Position numbers and translations under genes: made by a program. Below the pieces are notes generated by a model that saw nothing but the letters and a program-made list of their open reading frames with translations, made no database searches and was not told the DNA's origin. A stretch of 64,000 nt of DNA from Auanema rhodensis (taxonomy: Eukaryota > Animalia > Nematoda): contig OZ059895.1 in NCBI GenBank assembly GCA_964057225.1, forward strand, positions 11,036,001-11,100,000, read 5' to 3'. Below, piece by piece: positions 52,001-64,000 of the stretch (positions are counted from its first letter, which is position 1; each line of letters starts with the position of its first letter).

Positions 52001-53475
52001 GCTATTTAAGGAAAACTACTTGAAAATTGAAAACATTTGTTACGGAAGAGATAAAATTGAAAATCAGCTGCATGGCGTACTTTTAACGTGGTATAGTTGT
52101 AAGCGAAAATATCTGGTATTCAATGATTCACATACTTATCCTCGTTATAGTTTTTTTTTCCAATTTCCTGTTAGTTATGTAATTTTCGACGTTCCATCTG
52201 GATCCCTCGATGATAGCAATTCTTATAAGCTCCAAATACAATAAAATAAAAAAGGTTTCACAGTTGTAAAGTGTTTAAACAATGTTTGTTTCGATAGGGA
52301 ATAGATACAAACAGTAAAGTTAAAATGAAGGTTCATTAACTACTGGTTTATAACTGTAATATAGAAATAAGATTGAAGATAATTTTCTGCCGGGGGTTGC
52401 GCTATCTAAGTAAAACTACTTGACAATCGGAAACATTTGTTACAGAAGAGATAAAATTGAAAATCAGCTGCATGGCGTACTTTTAACGTGGTATAGTTGT
52501 AAGCGAAAATATCTGGTATTCAATGATTTACATACTTATCATCGTAATAGTTTTTTTTCAATTTCATGTTAGTTATGTAATTTTCCACGTTGCATCTGGT
52601 TCCCTCGATGTTATCAAATCTTATGTGCTCCAAATACAATAAAATGAAAAAGGTTTCACAATTGTATAGTGTTTAAACAATGTTTGTTTTGATAGGAAAT
52701 AGATAGAAACAGTAAAGTTAAAATGAAGGTTCATTAACTACTGGTTTATAACTGTCATATAGGAATAAGATTGAAGATAATTTTCTGCCTTGGGTTGAGC
52801 TACCTAAGTAAAACTACTTGAAAATCGGAAACATTTGTTACAGAAGAGATGAAATTGAAAATCAGCTGCATGGCGTACTTTCAACGTGGTATAGTTGTGA
52901 GCGAAAATATCTGATATTCAATGATTAAAATACTTATCCTCGTTATAGTTTTTTTTCCAATTTCATGTTAGTTATGTAATTTTCCACGTTCCATCTGGTT
53001 CCCTCGATGATATCAAATCTTATGTGCTCCAAATACAATAAATTAAAAAAGGTTTCACAGTTGTATAGTGTTTTAACAATGTTTGTTTCGATAGGAAATA
53101 GATAGAAACAGTAAAGTTGAAATAAAGGTTCATTAATTACTGGTTTATAACTGTAATGTAGAAATAAGATTAAAGATAATTTGCTGTCTTGGGTTGAGCT
53201 ATCTAAGTAAAACTACTTAAGAAGTGAAAACATTTGTTACGTTAGAGATAAAATTGAAAATCAGCTGCATGGCGTACTTTCAACGTGGTATAGTTGAAAG
53301 CGAAATTATCTGATATTCAGTGATTTACATACTTATCCTCGTTATAGTATTTTTCCAATTTCATGTTAGTTATGTAACTTTCCACGTGCCATCTAGTTCC
53401 CTCGATGATATCAAAGTTTATGTGCTCCAAATACAATAAATCAAAAAAGGGTTTCACAGTTGTACAGTGTTTAAA
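43100..53475 (+). repeat. Rearranged ~14-monomer duplication (offsets 5582, 5980 and 4385 bp) with internal 3-mer repeats (1195 bp)
   Basis: CTGTCATA 43583/49165 and ORFs 46139/51721 at +5582. ORFs 44410/50390 and ATAATAGCAG 45431/51411 at +5980. ORFs 47599/51984 and 48932/53317 at +4385. ORFs 43215/44410 at +1195. Confidence 0.8.
49553..50365 (+). repeat. Exact single-monomer tandem duplication (398 bp)
   Basis: Two consecutive monomers carry the same variant set (AATGTAG, CGTTAGAG, GTATACTT, AAATTTAATG, TTGAAAGAAAGG). The junction lies inside CTGGTTTATAACTGTAA at ~49951. Confidence 0.88.
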
Positions 53476-56400
53476 CAATGTTTGTTTTGATAGGGAATAG
53501 ATAGAAACAGTAAAGTTAAGATGAAGGTTCATTAACTACTGGTTTATGACTGTAATATAGGAATAAGATTGAAGATAATTTGCTGCCTCCGGTTGAGCTA
53601 TCTAAGTAAATCTACTCGAAAAGTGAAAACATTTGTTACGGAAGAGATAAAATTGAAAATCAGCTGCATGTCGTACTTTCAACGTGGTATAGTTGAAAGC
53701 GAAAATATCTGATATTCAGTGATTTACATACTTATCCTCGTTATAGTATTTTTCCAATTTCATGTTAGTTATGTAACTTTCCACGTGCCATCTGGTTCCC
53801 TCGATGATATCAAATCTTATGTGCTCCAAATACAATAAATTAAAAAAGGTTTCACAGTTGTATAGTGTTTTAACAATGTTTGTTTCGATAGGAAATAGAT
53901 ACAAACAGTAAAGTTAAAATGAAGGTTCATTAACTACTGGTTTATAACTGTAATATAGAAATAAGATTGAAGATAATTTTCTGAAGGGGGTTGCGCTATC
54001 TAAGTAAAACTACTTGACAATCGGAAACATTTGTTACAGAAGAGATAAAATTGAAAATCAGCTGCATGGCGTACTTTGAACGTGGTATAGTTGTAAGCGA
54101 AAATATCTGGTATTCAATGATTCACATACTTATCCTCGTTATAGTTTTTTTTCCAATTTCCTGTTAGTTATGTAATTTTCCACGTTCTATCTGGTGCCCT
54201 CGATGATATCAAATCTTATGTGCTCCAAATACAATAAATTAAAAAAGGTTTCACAGTTGTATAGTGTTTTAACAATGTTTGTTTCGATAGGAAATAGATA
54301 GAAACAGTAAAGTTGAGATAAAGGTTCATTAATTACTGGTTTATAACTGTAATGAAGAAATAAGATTAAAGATAATTTGCTGCCTTGGGTTGAGCTATCT
54401 AAGTAAAACTACTTAAAAAGTGAAAACATTTGTTACGGAAGAGATAAAACTGAAAATCAGCTGCATGGCGTACTTTGAACGTGGTATAGTTGTAAGCAAA
54501 AATATCTGATATTCAATGATTTACATACTTATCCTCGTTATAGTATTTTTCCAATTTTATGTTAGTTATGTAATTTTCCACGTTGCATCTGGTTCCCTCG
54601 ATGATATCAAATCTTATGTGCTCCAAATACAATAAATTGAAAAAGGTTTCACAGTTGAATAGTGTTTAAACAATGTTTGTTTTGATAGGAAATAGATAGA
54701 AACAGTAAAGTTAAAATGAAGGTTCATTAACTACTGGTTTATAACTGTAATATAAGAATAAGATTGAAGATAATTTTCTGCCTTGGGTTGAGCTACCTAA
54801 GTAAATCTACTTGAAAAGTGAAAACATTTGTTACGGAAGAGATAAAATTGAAATTCAGCTGCATGTCGTACTTTCAACGTGGTATAGTTGAAAGCGAAAA
54901 TATCTGATTTTCAATGATTTAAATACTTATCCTCGTTATAGTATTTTTCCAATTTCATGTTAGTTATATAACTTTCCACGTTTCATCTGGTTCCCTCGAT
55001 GATATCAAAGCTTATGTGCTCCAAATACAATAAATCAAAAAAGGGTTTCACAGTTGTATAGTGTTCAAACAATGTTTGTTTCGATAGGAAATAGATAGAA
55101 ACAGTAAAGTTGAGAGAAAGGTTCATTAACTACTGGTTTATGACTGTAATATAGAAAAAAGATTGAAGATAATTTGCTGCCTCCGGTTGAGCTATCTAAG
55201 TAAATCTACTTGAAAAGTGAAAACATTTGTTACGGAAGAGATAAAATTGAAAATCAGCTGCATGGCGTACTTTCAACGTGGTATACTTGTAAGCGAAAAT
55301 ATCTGGTATTCAATGATTTACATACTTATCCTCGTTATAGTTTTTTTCCAATTTCATGTTAGTTATGTAATTTTCCACGTTCCATCTCGATCCCTCGATG
55401 ATATCAAATTTTATGTGCTCCAAATACAATAAATCAAAAAAGGGTTTCACAGTTGTATAGTGTTTAAACAATGTTTGTTTCGATAGGAAATAGATACAAA
55501 CAGTAAAATTAAAATGAAGGTTCATTAACTACTGGTTTATAACTGTAATATAGAAATAAGATTGAAGATAATTTCCTGCCGGGGGTTGCGCTATCTAAGT
55601 AAAACTACTTGACAATCGGAAACATTTGTTACAGAAGAGATAAAATTGAAAATCAGCTGCATGGCGTACTTTTAACGTGGTATAGTTGTAAGCGAAAATA
55701 TCTGGTATTCAATGATTTACATACTTATCCTCGTTATAGTTTTTTTCCAATTTCATGTTAGTTATGTAATTTTCCACGTTCCATCTCGATCCCTCGATGA
55801 TATCAAATTTTATGTGCTCCAAATACAATAAATCAAAAAAGGGTTTCACAGTTGTATAGTGTTTAAACAATGTTTGTTTCGATAGGAAATAGATAAAAAC
55901 AGTGAAGTTGAAAGAAAGGTTCATTTACTGCTGGTTTATGACTGTAAAATAAGAAAAAGATTGAAGATACTTTGCTGCCTTGGGTTGAGCTATTTAAGGA
56001 AAACTACTTGAAAATTGAAAACATTTGTTACGGAAGAGATAAAATTGAAAATCAGCTGCATGGCGTACTTTTAACGTGGTATAGTTGTAAGCGAAAATAT
56101 CTGGTATTCAATGATTTACATACTTATCCTCGTTATAGTTTTTTTTCCAATTTCCTGTTAGTTATGTAATTTTCGACGTTCCATCTGGATCCCTCGATGA
56201 TAGCAATTCTTATAAGCTCCAAATACAATAAAATAAAAAAGGTTTCACAGTTGTAAAGTGTTTAAACAATGTTTGTTTCGATAGGGAATAGATACAAACA
56301 GTAAAGTTAAAATGAAGGTTCATTAACTACTGGTTTATAACTGTAATATAGAAATAAGATTGAAGATAATTTTCTGCCGGGGGTTGCGCTATCTAAGTAA

Positions 56401-59170
56401 AACTACTTGACAATCGGAAACATTTGTTACAGAAGAGATGAAATTGAAAATCAGCTGCATGGCGTACTTTTAACGTGGTATAGTTGTAAGCGAAAATATC
56501 TGGTATTCAATGATTTACATACTTATCATCGTAATAGTTTTTTTTCAATTTCATGTTAGTTATGTAATTTTCCACGTTGCATCTGGTTCCCTCGATGTTA
56601 TCAAATCTTATGTGCTCCAAATACAATAAAATGAAAAAGGTTTCACAATTGTATAGTGTTTAAACAATGTTTGTTTTGATAGGAAATAGATAGAAACAGT
56701 AAAGTTAAAATGAAGGTTCATTAACTACTGGTTTATAACTGTCATATAGGAATAAGATTGAAGATAATTTTCTGCCTTGGGTTGAGCTACCTAAGTAAAA
56801 CTACTTGAAAATCGGAAACATTTGTTACAGAAGAGATGAAATTGAAAATCAGCTGCATGGCGTACTTTCAACGTGGTTTAGTTGTGAGCGAAAATATTTG
56901 ATATTCAATGATTAAAATACTTATCCTCGTTATAGTTTTTTTTCCAATTTCATGTTATTTATGTAATTTTCCACGTTCCATCTGGTTCCCTCGATGATAT
57001 CAAATCTTATGTGCTCCAAATACAATAAATTAAAAAAGGTTTCACAGTTGTATAGTGTTTTAACAATGTTTGTTTCGATCGGAAATAGATAGAAACAGTA
57101 AAGTTGAAATAAAGGTTCATTAATTACTGGTTTATAACTGTAATGTAGAAATAAGATTAAAGATAATTTGCTGTCTTGGGTTGAGCTATCTAAGTAAAAC
57201 TACTTAAGAAGTGAAAACATTTGTTACGTTAGAGATAAAATTGAAAATCAGCTGCATGGCGTACTTTCAACGTGGTATAGTTGAAAGCGAAAATATCTGA
57301 TATTCAGTGATTTACATACTTATCCTCGTTATAGTATTTTTCCAATTTCATGTTAGTTATGTAACTTTCCACGTGCCATCTAGTTCCCTCGATGATATCA
57401 AAGTTTATGTGCTCCAAATACAATAAATCAAAAAAGGGTTTCACAGTTGTACAGTGTTTAAACAATGTTTGTTTTGATAGGGAATAGATAGAAACAGTAA
57501 AGTTAAGATGAAGGTTCATTAACTACTGGTTTATGACTGTAATATAGGAATAAGATTGAAGATAATTTGCTGCCTCCGGTTGAGCTATCTAAGTAAATCT
57601 ACTCGAAAAGTGAAAACATTTGTTACGGAAGAGATAAAATTGAAAATCAGCTGCATGTCGTACTTTCAACGTGGTATAGTTGAAAGCGAAAATATCTGAT
57701 ATTCAGTGATTTACATACTTATCCTCGTTATAGTATTTTTCCAATTTCATGTTAGTTATGTAACTTTCCACGTGCCATCTGGTTCCCTCGATGATATCAA
57801 ATCTTATGTGCTCCAAATACAATAAATTAAAAAAGGTTTCACAGTTGTATAGTGTTTTAACAATGTTTGTTTCGATAGGAAATAGATACAAACAGTAAAG
57901 TTAAAATGAAGGTTCATTAACTACTGGTTTATAACTGTAATATAGAAATAAGATTGAAGATAATTTTCTGAAGGGGGTTGCGCTATCTAAGTAAAACTAC
58001 TTGACAATCGGAAACATTTGTTACAGAAGAGATAAAATTGAAAATCAGCTGCATGGCGTACTTTGAACGTGGTATAGTTGTAAGCGAAAATATCTGGTAT
58101 TCAATGATTCACATACTTATCCTCGTTATAGTTTTTTTTCCAATTTCCTGTTAGTTATGTAATTTTCCACGTTCTATCTGGTGCCCTCGATGATATCAAA
58201 TCTTATGTGCTCCAAATACAATAAATTAAAAAAGGTTTCACAGTTGTATAGTGTTTTAACAATGTTTGTTTCGATAGGAAATAGATAGAAACAGTAAAGT
58301 TGAGATAAAGGTTCATTAATTACTGGTTTATAACTGTAATGAAGAAATAAGATTAAAGATAATTTGCTGCCTTGGGTTGAGCTATCTAAGTAAAACTACT
58401 TAAAAAGTGAAAACATTTGTTACGGAAGAGATAAAACTGAAAATCAGCTGCATGGCGTACTTTGAACGTGGTATAGTTGTAAGCAAAAATATCTGATATT
58501 CAATGATTTACATACTTATCCTCGTTATAGTATTTTTCCAATTTTATGTTAGTTATGTAATTTTCCACGTTGCATCTGGTTCCCTCGATGATATCAAATC
58601 TTATGTGCTCCAAATACAATAAATTGAAAAAGGTTTCACAGTTGAATAGTGTTTAAACAATGTTTGTTTTGATAGGAAATAGATAGAAACAGTAAAGTTA
58701 AAATGAAGGTTCATTAACTACTGGTTTATAACTGTAATATAAGAATAAGATTGAAGATAATTTTCTGCCTTGGGTTGAGCTACCTAAGTAAATCTACTTG
58801 AAAAGTGAAAACATTTGTTACGGAAGAGATAAAATTGAAATTCAGCTGCATGTCGTACTTTCAACGTGGTATAGTTGAAAGCGAAAATATCTGATTTTCA
58901 ATGATTTAAATACTTATCCTCGTTATAGTATTTTTCCAATTTCATGTTAGTTATATAACTTTCCACGTTTCATCTGGTTCCCTCGATGATATCAAAGCTT
59001 ATGTGCTCCAAATACAATAAATCAAAAAAGGGTTTCACAGTTGTATAGTGTTCAAACAATGTTTGTTTCGATAGGAAATAGATAGAAACAGTAAAGTTGA
59101 GAGAAAGGTTCATTAACTACTGGTTTATGACTGTAATATAGAAAAAAGATTGAAGATAATTTGCTGCCTC
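51455..59170 (+). repeat. 10-monomer duplication (offset 3987-3988 bp)
   Basis: ORF pairs 51721/55709, 53317/57304 and 53716/57703. Private markers CTACTCGAA, CTGAAGGGGG, AGTTGAATAG, AAATTCAGC and TTATATAAC recur at the same offset. Confidence 0.93.
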
Positions 59171-61069
59171 GGGTTAAACTATCTAAGTAAAACTACTTGA
59201 AAATTGAAAACGTTTGTTACGGAAGAAATAAAATTGAGAATCAGCTGCATGGCGTTCTTTCAACGTGGTATACTTGTAAGCGAAAATATCTGATATTCAA
59301 TGATTTACATACTTATCCTCGTTATAGTTTTTTTCCAATTTCATGTTAGTTATGTAATTTTCCACGTTCCATCTGGATCCCTCGATGATATCAAATTTTA
59401 TGTGCTCCAAATGCAGAAAATTAAAAAATGTTTCACAGTTGTATAGTGTTTGAACAATGTTTGTTTTGATAGGAAATAGATAGAAACAGTAAATTTAAAA
59501 TGAAGGTTCATTAACTGCTGGTTTATAACTGTAATATAGAAAAAAGATTGAAGATAATTTGCTGCCTTGGGTTAAGCTATCTAAGTAAAACTACTTGAAA
59601 ATTGAAAACATTTGTTACGGAAGAAATAAAATTGAAAAACAGCTGCATGGCGTACTTTTAACGTGGTATAGTTGTAAGCGAAAATATCTGGTATTCAATG
59701 ATTTACATACTTATCCTCGTTATAGTTTTTTTTCCAATTTCCTGTTAGTTATGTGATTTTCCACGTTCCATCTGGATCCCTCGATGATATCAAATTTTAT
59801 GTGCTCCAAATGCAAAAAATTAAAAAAAGGTTTCACAGTTGTATAGTGTTTTAACAATGTTTGTTTCGATAGGAAATAGATAGAAACAGTAAAGTTGAGA
59901 TAAAGGTTCATTAATTACTGGTTCATAACTGTAATGAAGAAATAAGATTAAAGATAATTTGCTGCCTTGGGTTGAGCTATCTAAGTAAAACTACTTAAAA
60001 AGTGAAAACATTTGTTACGGAAGAGATAAAATTGAAAATCAGCTGCATGGCGTACTTTGAACGTGGTATAGTTGTAAGCGAAAATATCTGATATTCAATG
60101 ATTTACATACTTATCCTCGTTATAGTATTTTTCCAATTTCATGTTAGTTATGTAATTTTCCACGTTGCATCTGGTTCCCTCGATGATATCAAATTTTATG
60201 TGCTCCAAATGCAAAAAATTAAAGAAGGTTTTACAGTTGTCCAGTGTTTAAACAATGTTTGTTTTGATAAGAAATAGATAGAAACAGTAAAGTTGAGAGA
60301 AAAGTTCATTTACTGCTGGTTTATAACTGTAAAATAAAAAAAAGATTGAAGATAATTTGCTGCCTTGGGTTGAGCTATCTAAGTAAAACTACTTGAAAAT
60401 TGAAAACATTTGTTACGGAAGAGATAAAATTGAAAATCAGCTGCATGGCGTATTTTGAACGTGGTATAGTTGTGAGCGAAAATATCTGATATTCAATGAT
60501 TTACATACTTATCCTCGTTATAGTATTTTTCCAATTTTATGTTAGTTATGTAATTTTCCACGTTGCATCTGGTTCCCTCGATGATATCAAATCTTATGTG
60601 CTCCAAATACAATGAATTGAAAAAGGTTTCACAGTTGTATAGTGTTTAAACAATGTTTGTTTTGATAGGAAATAGATAGAAACAGTAAAGTTGAGATAAA
60701 GGTTCATTAATTACTGGTTTATAACTGTAATGAAAAAATAAGATTAAAGATAATTTGCTGCCTTGGGTTGAGCTATCTAAGTAAAACTACTTGAAAATTG
60801 AAAACATTTGTTACGGAAGAGATAAAATTGAAAATCAGCTGCATGTCGTACTTTCAACGTGGTATAGTTGAAAGCGAAAATATCTGATATTCAATGATTT
60901 ACATACTTATCCTCGTTATAGTTTTTTTCCAATTTCCTGTTAAGTATGTAATTTTCCACGTTCCATCTGGATCTCTCGATGATATCAAATTTTATGTGCT
61001 CCAAATGCAAAAAAATTAAAAAAGGTTTCACAGTTGTATAGTGTTTAAACAATGTTTGTTTCGATAGGG

Positions 61070-63347
61070 AATAGATACAAACAGTAAAGTTAAAATGAAG
61101 GTTCATTAACTACTGGTTTATAACTGTAATATAGAAATAAGATTGAAGACATTTTTCTGCCGGGGGTTGCGCTATCTAAGTAAAACTACTTGACAATCGG
61201 AAACATTTGTTACAGAGGAGATAAAATTGAAAATCAGCTGCATGGCGTACTTTGAACGTGGTATAGTTGAAAGCGAAAATATCTGATATTCAATGATTTA
61301 CATACTTATCCTCGTTATGGTATTTTTCCAATTTCATGTTAGTTATGTAATTTTCCACGTTCCATCTGGATCCCTCGATGATATCAAATTTTATGTGCTC
61401 CAAATGCAAAAAATTAAAAAAGGTTTCACAGTTGTATAGTGTTTTAACAATGTTTGTTTCGATAGGAAATAGATAGAAACAGTAAAGTTGAGATAAAGGT
61501 TCATTAATTACTGGTTTATAACTGTAATGAAGAAATAAGATTGAAGATAATTTGCTGCCTCCGGTTGAGCTATCTAAGTAAATCTACTTGAAAAGTGAAA
61601 ACATTTGTTACGGAAGAGATAAAATTGAAAATCAGCTGCATGGCGTACTTTTAACGTGGTATAGTTGTAAGCGAAAATATCTGATATTCAATGATTTACA
61701 TACTTATCCTCGTTATGGTATTTTTCCAATTTCATGTTAGTTATGTAACTTTCCACGTTCCATCTGGTTCCCTCGATGATATCAAAGCTTATGTGCTCCA
61801 AATACAATAAATCAAAAAAGGGTTTCACAGTTGTATAGTGTTTAAACAATGTTTGTTTCGATAGGAAATAGATAAAAACAGTAAAGTTAAGATGAAGGTT
61901 CATTAACTACTGGTTTATGACTGTAATATAGAAATAAGATTGAAGATAATTTGCTGCCTCCGGTTGAGCTATCTAAGTAAATCTACTTGAAAAGTGAAAA
62001 CATTTGTTACGGACGAGATAAAATTGAAAATCAGCTGCATGGCGTACTTTTAACGTGGTATAGTTGTAAGCGAAAATATCTGGTATTCAATGATTTACAT
62101 ACTTATCCTCGTTATAGTTTTTTTCCAATTTTATGTTAGTTATGTAATTTTCGACGTTCCATCTGGATCCCTCGATGATAACAATTCTTATAAGCTCCAA
62201 ATACAATAAATTAAAAAAGGTTTCACAGTTGTATAGTGTTTAAACAATGTTTGTTTCGACAGGGAATAGATACAAACAGTAAAGTTAAAATGAAGGTTCA
62301 TTAACTACTGGTTTATAACTGTAATATAGAAATAAGATTGAAGACATTTTTCTGCCGGGGGTTGCGCTATCTAAGTAAAACTACTTGACAATCGGAAACA
62401 TTTGTTACAGAGGAGATAAAATTGAAAATCAGCTGCATGGCGTACTTTGAACGTGGTATAGTTGAAAGCGAAAATATCTGATATTCAATGATTTACATAC
62501 TTATCCTCGTTATGGTATTTTTCCAATTTCATGTTAGTTATGTAATTTTCCACGTTCCATCTGGATCCCTCGATGATATCAAATTTTATGTGCTCCAAAT
62601 GCAAAAAATTAAAAAAGGTTTCACAGTTGTATAGTGTTTTAACAATGTTTGTTTCGATAGGAAATAGATAGAAACAGTAAAGTTGAGATAAAGGTTCATT
62701 AATTACTGGTTTATAACTGTAATGAAGAAATAAGATTAAAGATAATTTGCTGCCTCCGGTTGAGCTATCTAAGTAAATCTACTTGAAAAGTGAAAACATT
62801 TGTTACGGAAGAGATAAAATTGAAAATCAGCTGCATGGCGTACTTTTAACGTGGTATAGTTGTAAGCGAAAATATCTGATATTCAATGATTTACATACTT
62901 ATCCTCGTTATGGTATTTTTCCAATTTCATGTTAGTTATGTAACTTTCCACGTTCCATCTGGTTCCCTCGATGATATCAAAGCTTATGTGCTCCAAATAC
63001 AATAAATCAAAAAAGGGTTTCACAGTTGTATAGTGTTTAAACAATGTTTGTTTCGATAGGAAATAGATAAAAACAGTAAAGTTAAGATGAAGGTTCATTA
63101 ACTACTGGTTTATGACTGTAATATAGAAATAAGATTGAAGATAATTTGCTGCCTCCGGTTGAGCTATCTAAGTAAATCTACTTGAAAAGTGAAAACATTT
63201 GTTACGGACGAGATAAATATGAAAATCAGCTGCATGGCGTACTTTTAACGTGGTATAGTTGTAAGCGAAAATATCTGGTATTCAATGATTTACATACTTA
63301 TCCTCGTTATAGTTTTTTTCCAATTTTATGTTAGTTATGTAATTTTC
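61070..63347 (+). repeat. 3-monomer duplication (offset 1195 bp)
   Basis: ORFs 61688/62883 are identical. Private markers GAAGACATTTT (GACATT at 61148/62343), ACAGAGGAG and ACGGACGAG recur at +1195. Confidence 0.9.
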
Positions 63348-64000
63348 CACGTTCCATCTGGATCCCTCGATGATATCAAATTTTATGTGCTCCAAATGCA
63401 AAAAATTAAAAAAGGTTTTACAGTTGTTCAGTGTTTAAACAATGTTTGTTTCGATAGGAAATAGATAAAAACAGTAAAGTTAAGATGAAGGTTCATTAAC
63501 TACTGGTTTATGACTGTAATATAGAAATAAGATTGAAGATAATTTGCTGCCTCCGGTTGAGCTATCTAAGTAAATCTACTTGAAAAGTGAAAACATTTGT
63601 TACGGAAGAGATAAAATTGAAAATCAGCTGCATGTCGTACTTTCAACAAGGTATAGTTGAAAGCGAAAATATCTGATTTTCAATGATTTACATACTTATC
63701 CTCGTTATAGTTTTTTTCCAATTTCATGTTAGTTATGTAACTTTCCACGTTCCATCTGGTTCCCTCGATGATATCAAAGGTTATGTGCTCCAAATACAAT
63801 AAATCAAAAAAGGGTTTCACAGTTGTATAGTGTTTAAACAATGTTTGTTTCGATAGGAAATAGATAAAAACAGTAAAGTTAAGATGAAGGTTCATTAACT
63901 ACTGATTTATGACTGTAATATAGAAATAAGATTGAAGATAATTTGCTGCCTCCGGTTGAACTATCTAAGTAAATCTACTTGAAAAGTGAAAACATTTGTT

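Larger units (their letters stand above)
1..64000 (+). repeat. Tandem satellite DNA array, ~399-bp monomer, ~160 head-to-tail copies, running off both window ends
   Basis: The anchor CAGCTG (in GAAAATCAGCTGCATG) recurs at 253, 652 (variant CAGCGG), 1049, 1448, 1847, 2243, 2642, 3041, 3438, 3837, 4236, 4633, 5032 and onward, with 396-399 bp spacing, to the end of the window. All ORF-track offsets between equivalent ORFs are multiples of ~398.5. No non-monomer sequence seen. Confidence 0.99.

Noticed and set aside
7570-55490. Single recombination hotspot within the monomer
   Set aside because: Two or three junctions fall in TATGTGCTCCAAAT (~7580, ~21540, possibly ~46650), but others map to GAGCTATCTAAG (~13340, ~30100), CTGGTTTATAAC (~49955) and the PmeI region (~55460). 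There is no clear single site.
607-56169. Recurrent 60-86 aa plus-strand ORFs (MLPWVELFKENYLK...)
   Set aside because: They start at TTG/GTG, exist mainly where the TATTTAAGG variant removes a stop, and their C-termini change with T-tract length. These are chance ORFs.
308-63895. Recurrent 62-104 aa minus-strand ORFs (MNLHLNFTV...KYVNH and MFSLFKQ...) as a tandem gene family
   Set aside because: They are translations of the satellite monomer, open in only a minority of copies and broken by stops and homopolymer frameshifts in the rest. There is no recognisable domain and variants show no codon-position bias that I can see.
1-64000. CRISPR array or a cassette/diversity-generating system (conserved boxes alternating with variable blocks)
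   Set aside because: The variable parts are homologous alleles differing by a few substitutions, not unique spacers. No cas, recombinase or reverse transcriptase gene is present.
1-64000. Tandem RNA-gene array (5S, tRNA, snRNA, spliced leader) or transposon/MITE tandem
   Set aside because: No recognisable 5S, tRNA or snRNA sequence, Pol III boxes, terminal inverted repeats, LTR ends or target-site duplications. An Rfam/Dfam search would be needed to exclude a remote origin.

Overview
The whole 64 kb window is one uninterrupted head-to-tail tandem array of an AT-rich (about 32% GC, hand count on 181-579) satellite monomer of about 399 bp (396-399 bp in the monomers I measured). There are about 160 copies, all in the same orientation. 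I see no genes, RNA genes, transposon insertions, inversions or CRISPR array; every ORF in the track is the same monomer translated repeatedly. The information is in the variant pattern. Monomers are mosaics of a few co-segregating variant blocks and are organised into local, nested, recently duplicated multi-monomer units: 6-mer, 2-mer within 8-mer within a 21/20-mer, 5-mer, 18-mer with 5+4 substructure, a 14/15/11-mer patchwork, 10-mer and 3-mer. Diagnostic variants are confined to successive domains. This looks like eukaryotic (peri)centromeric or heterochromatic satellite DNA. I cannot name the family or organism from the sequence alone, and I found no evidence for a novel protein-coding system. 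All comparisons were done by eye, so block boundaries and difference counts are approximate.
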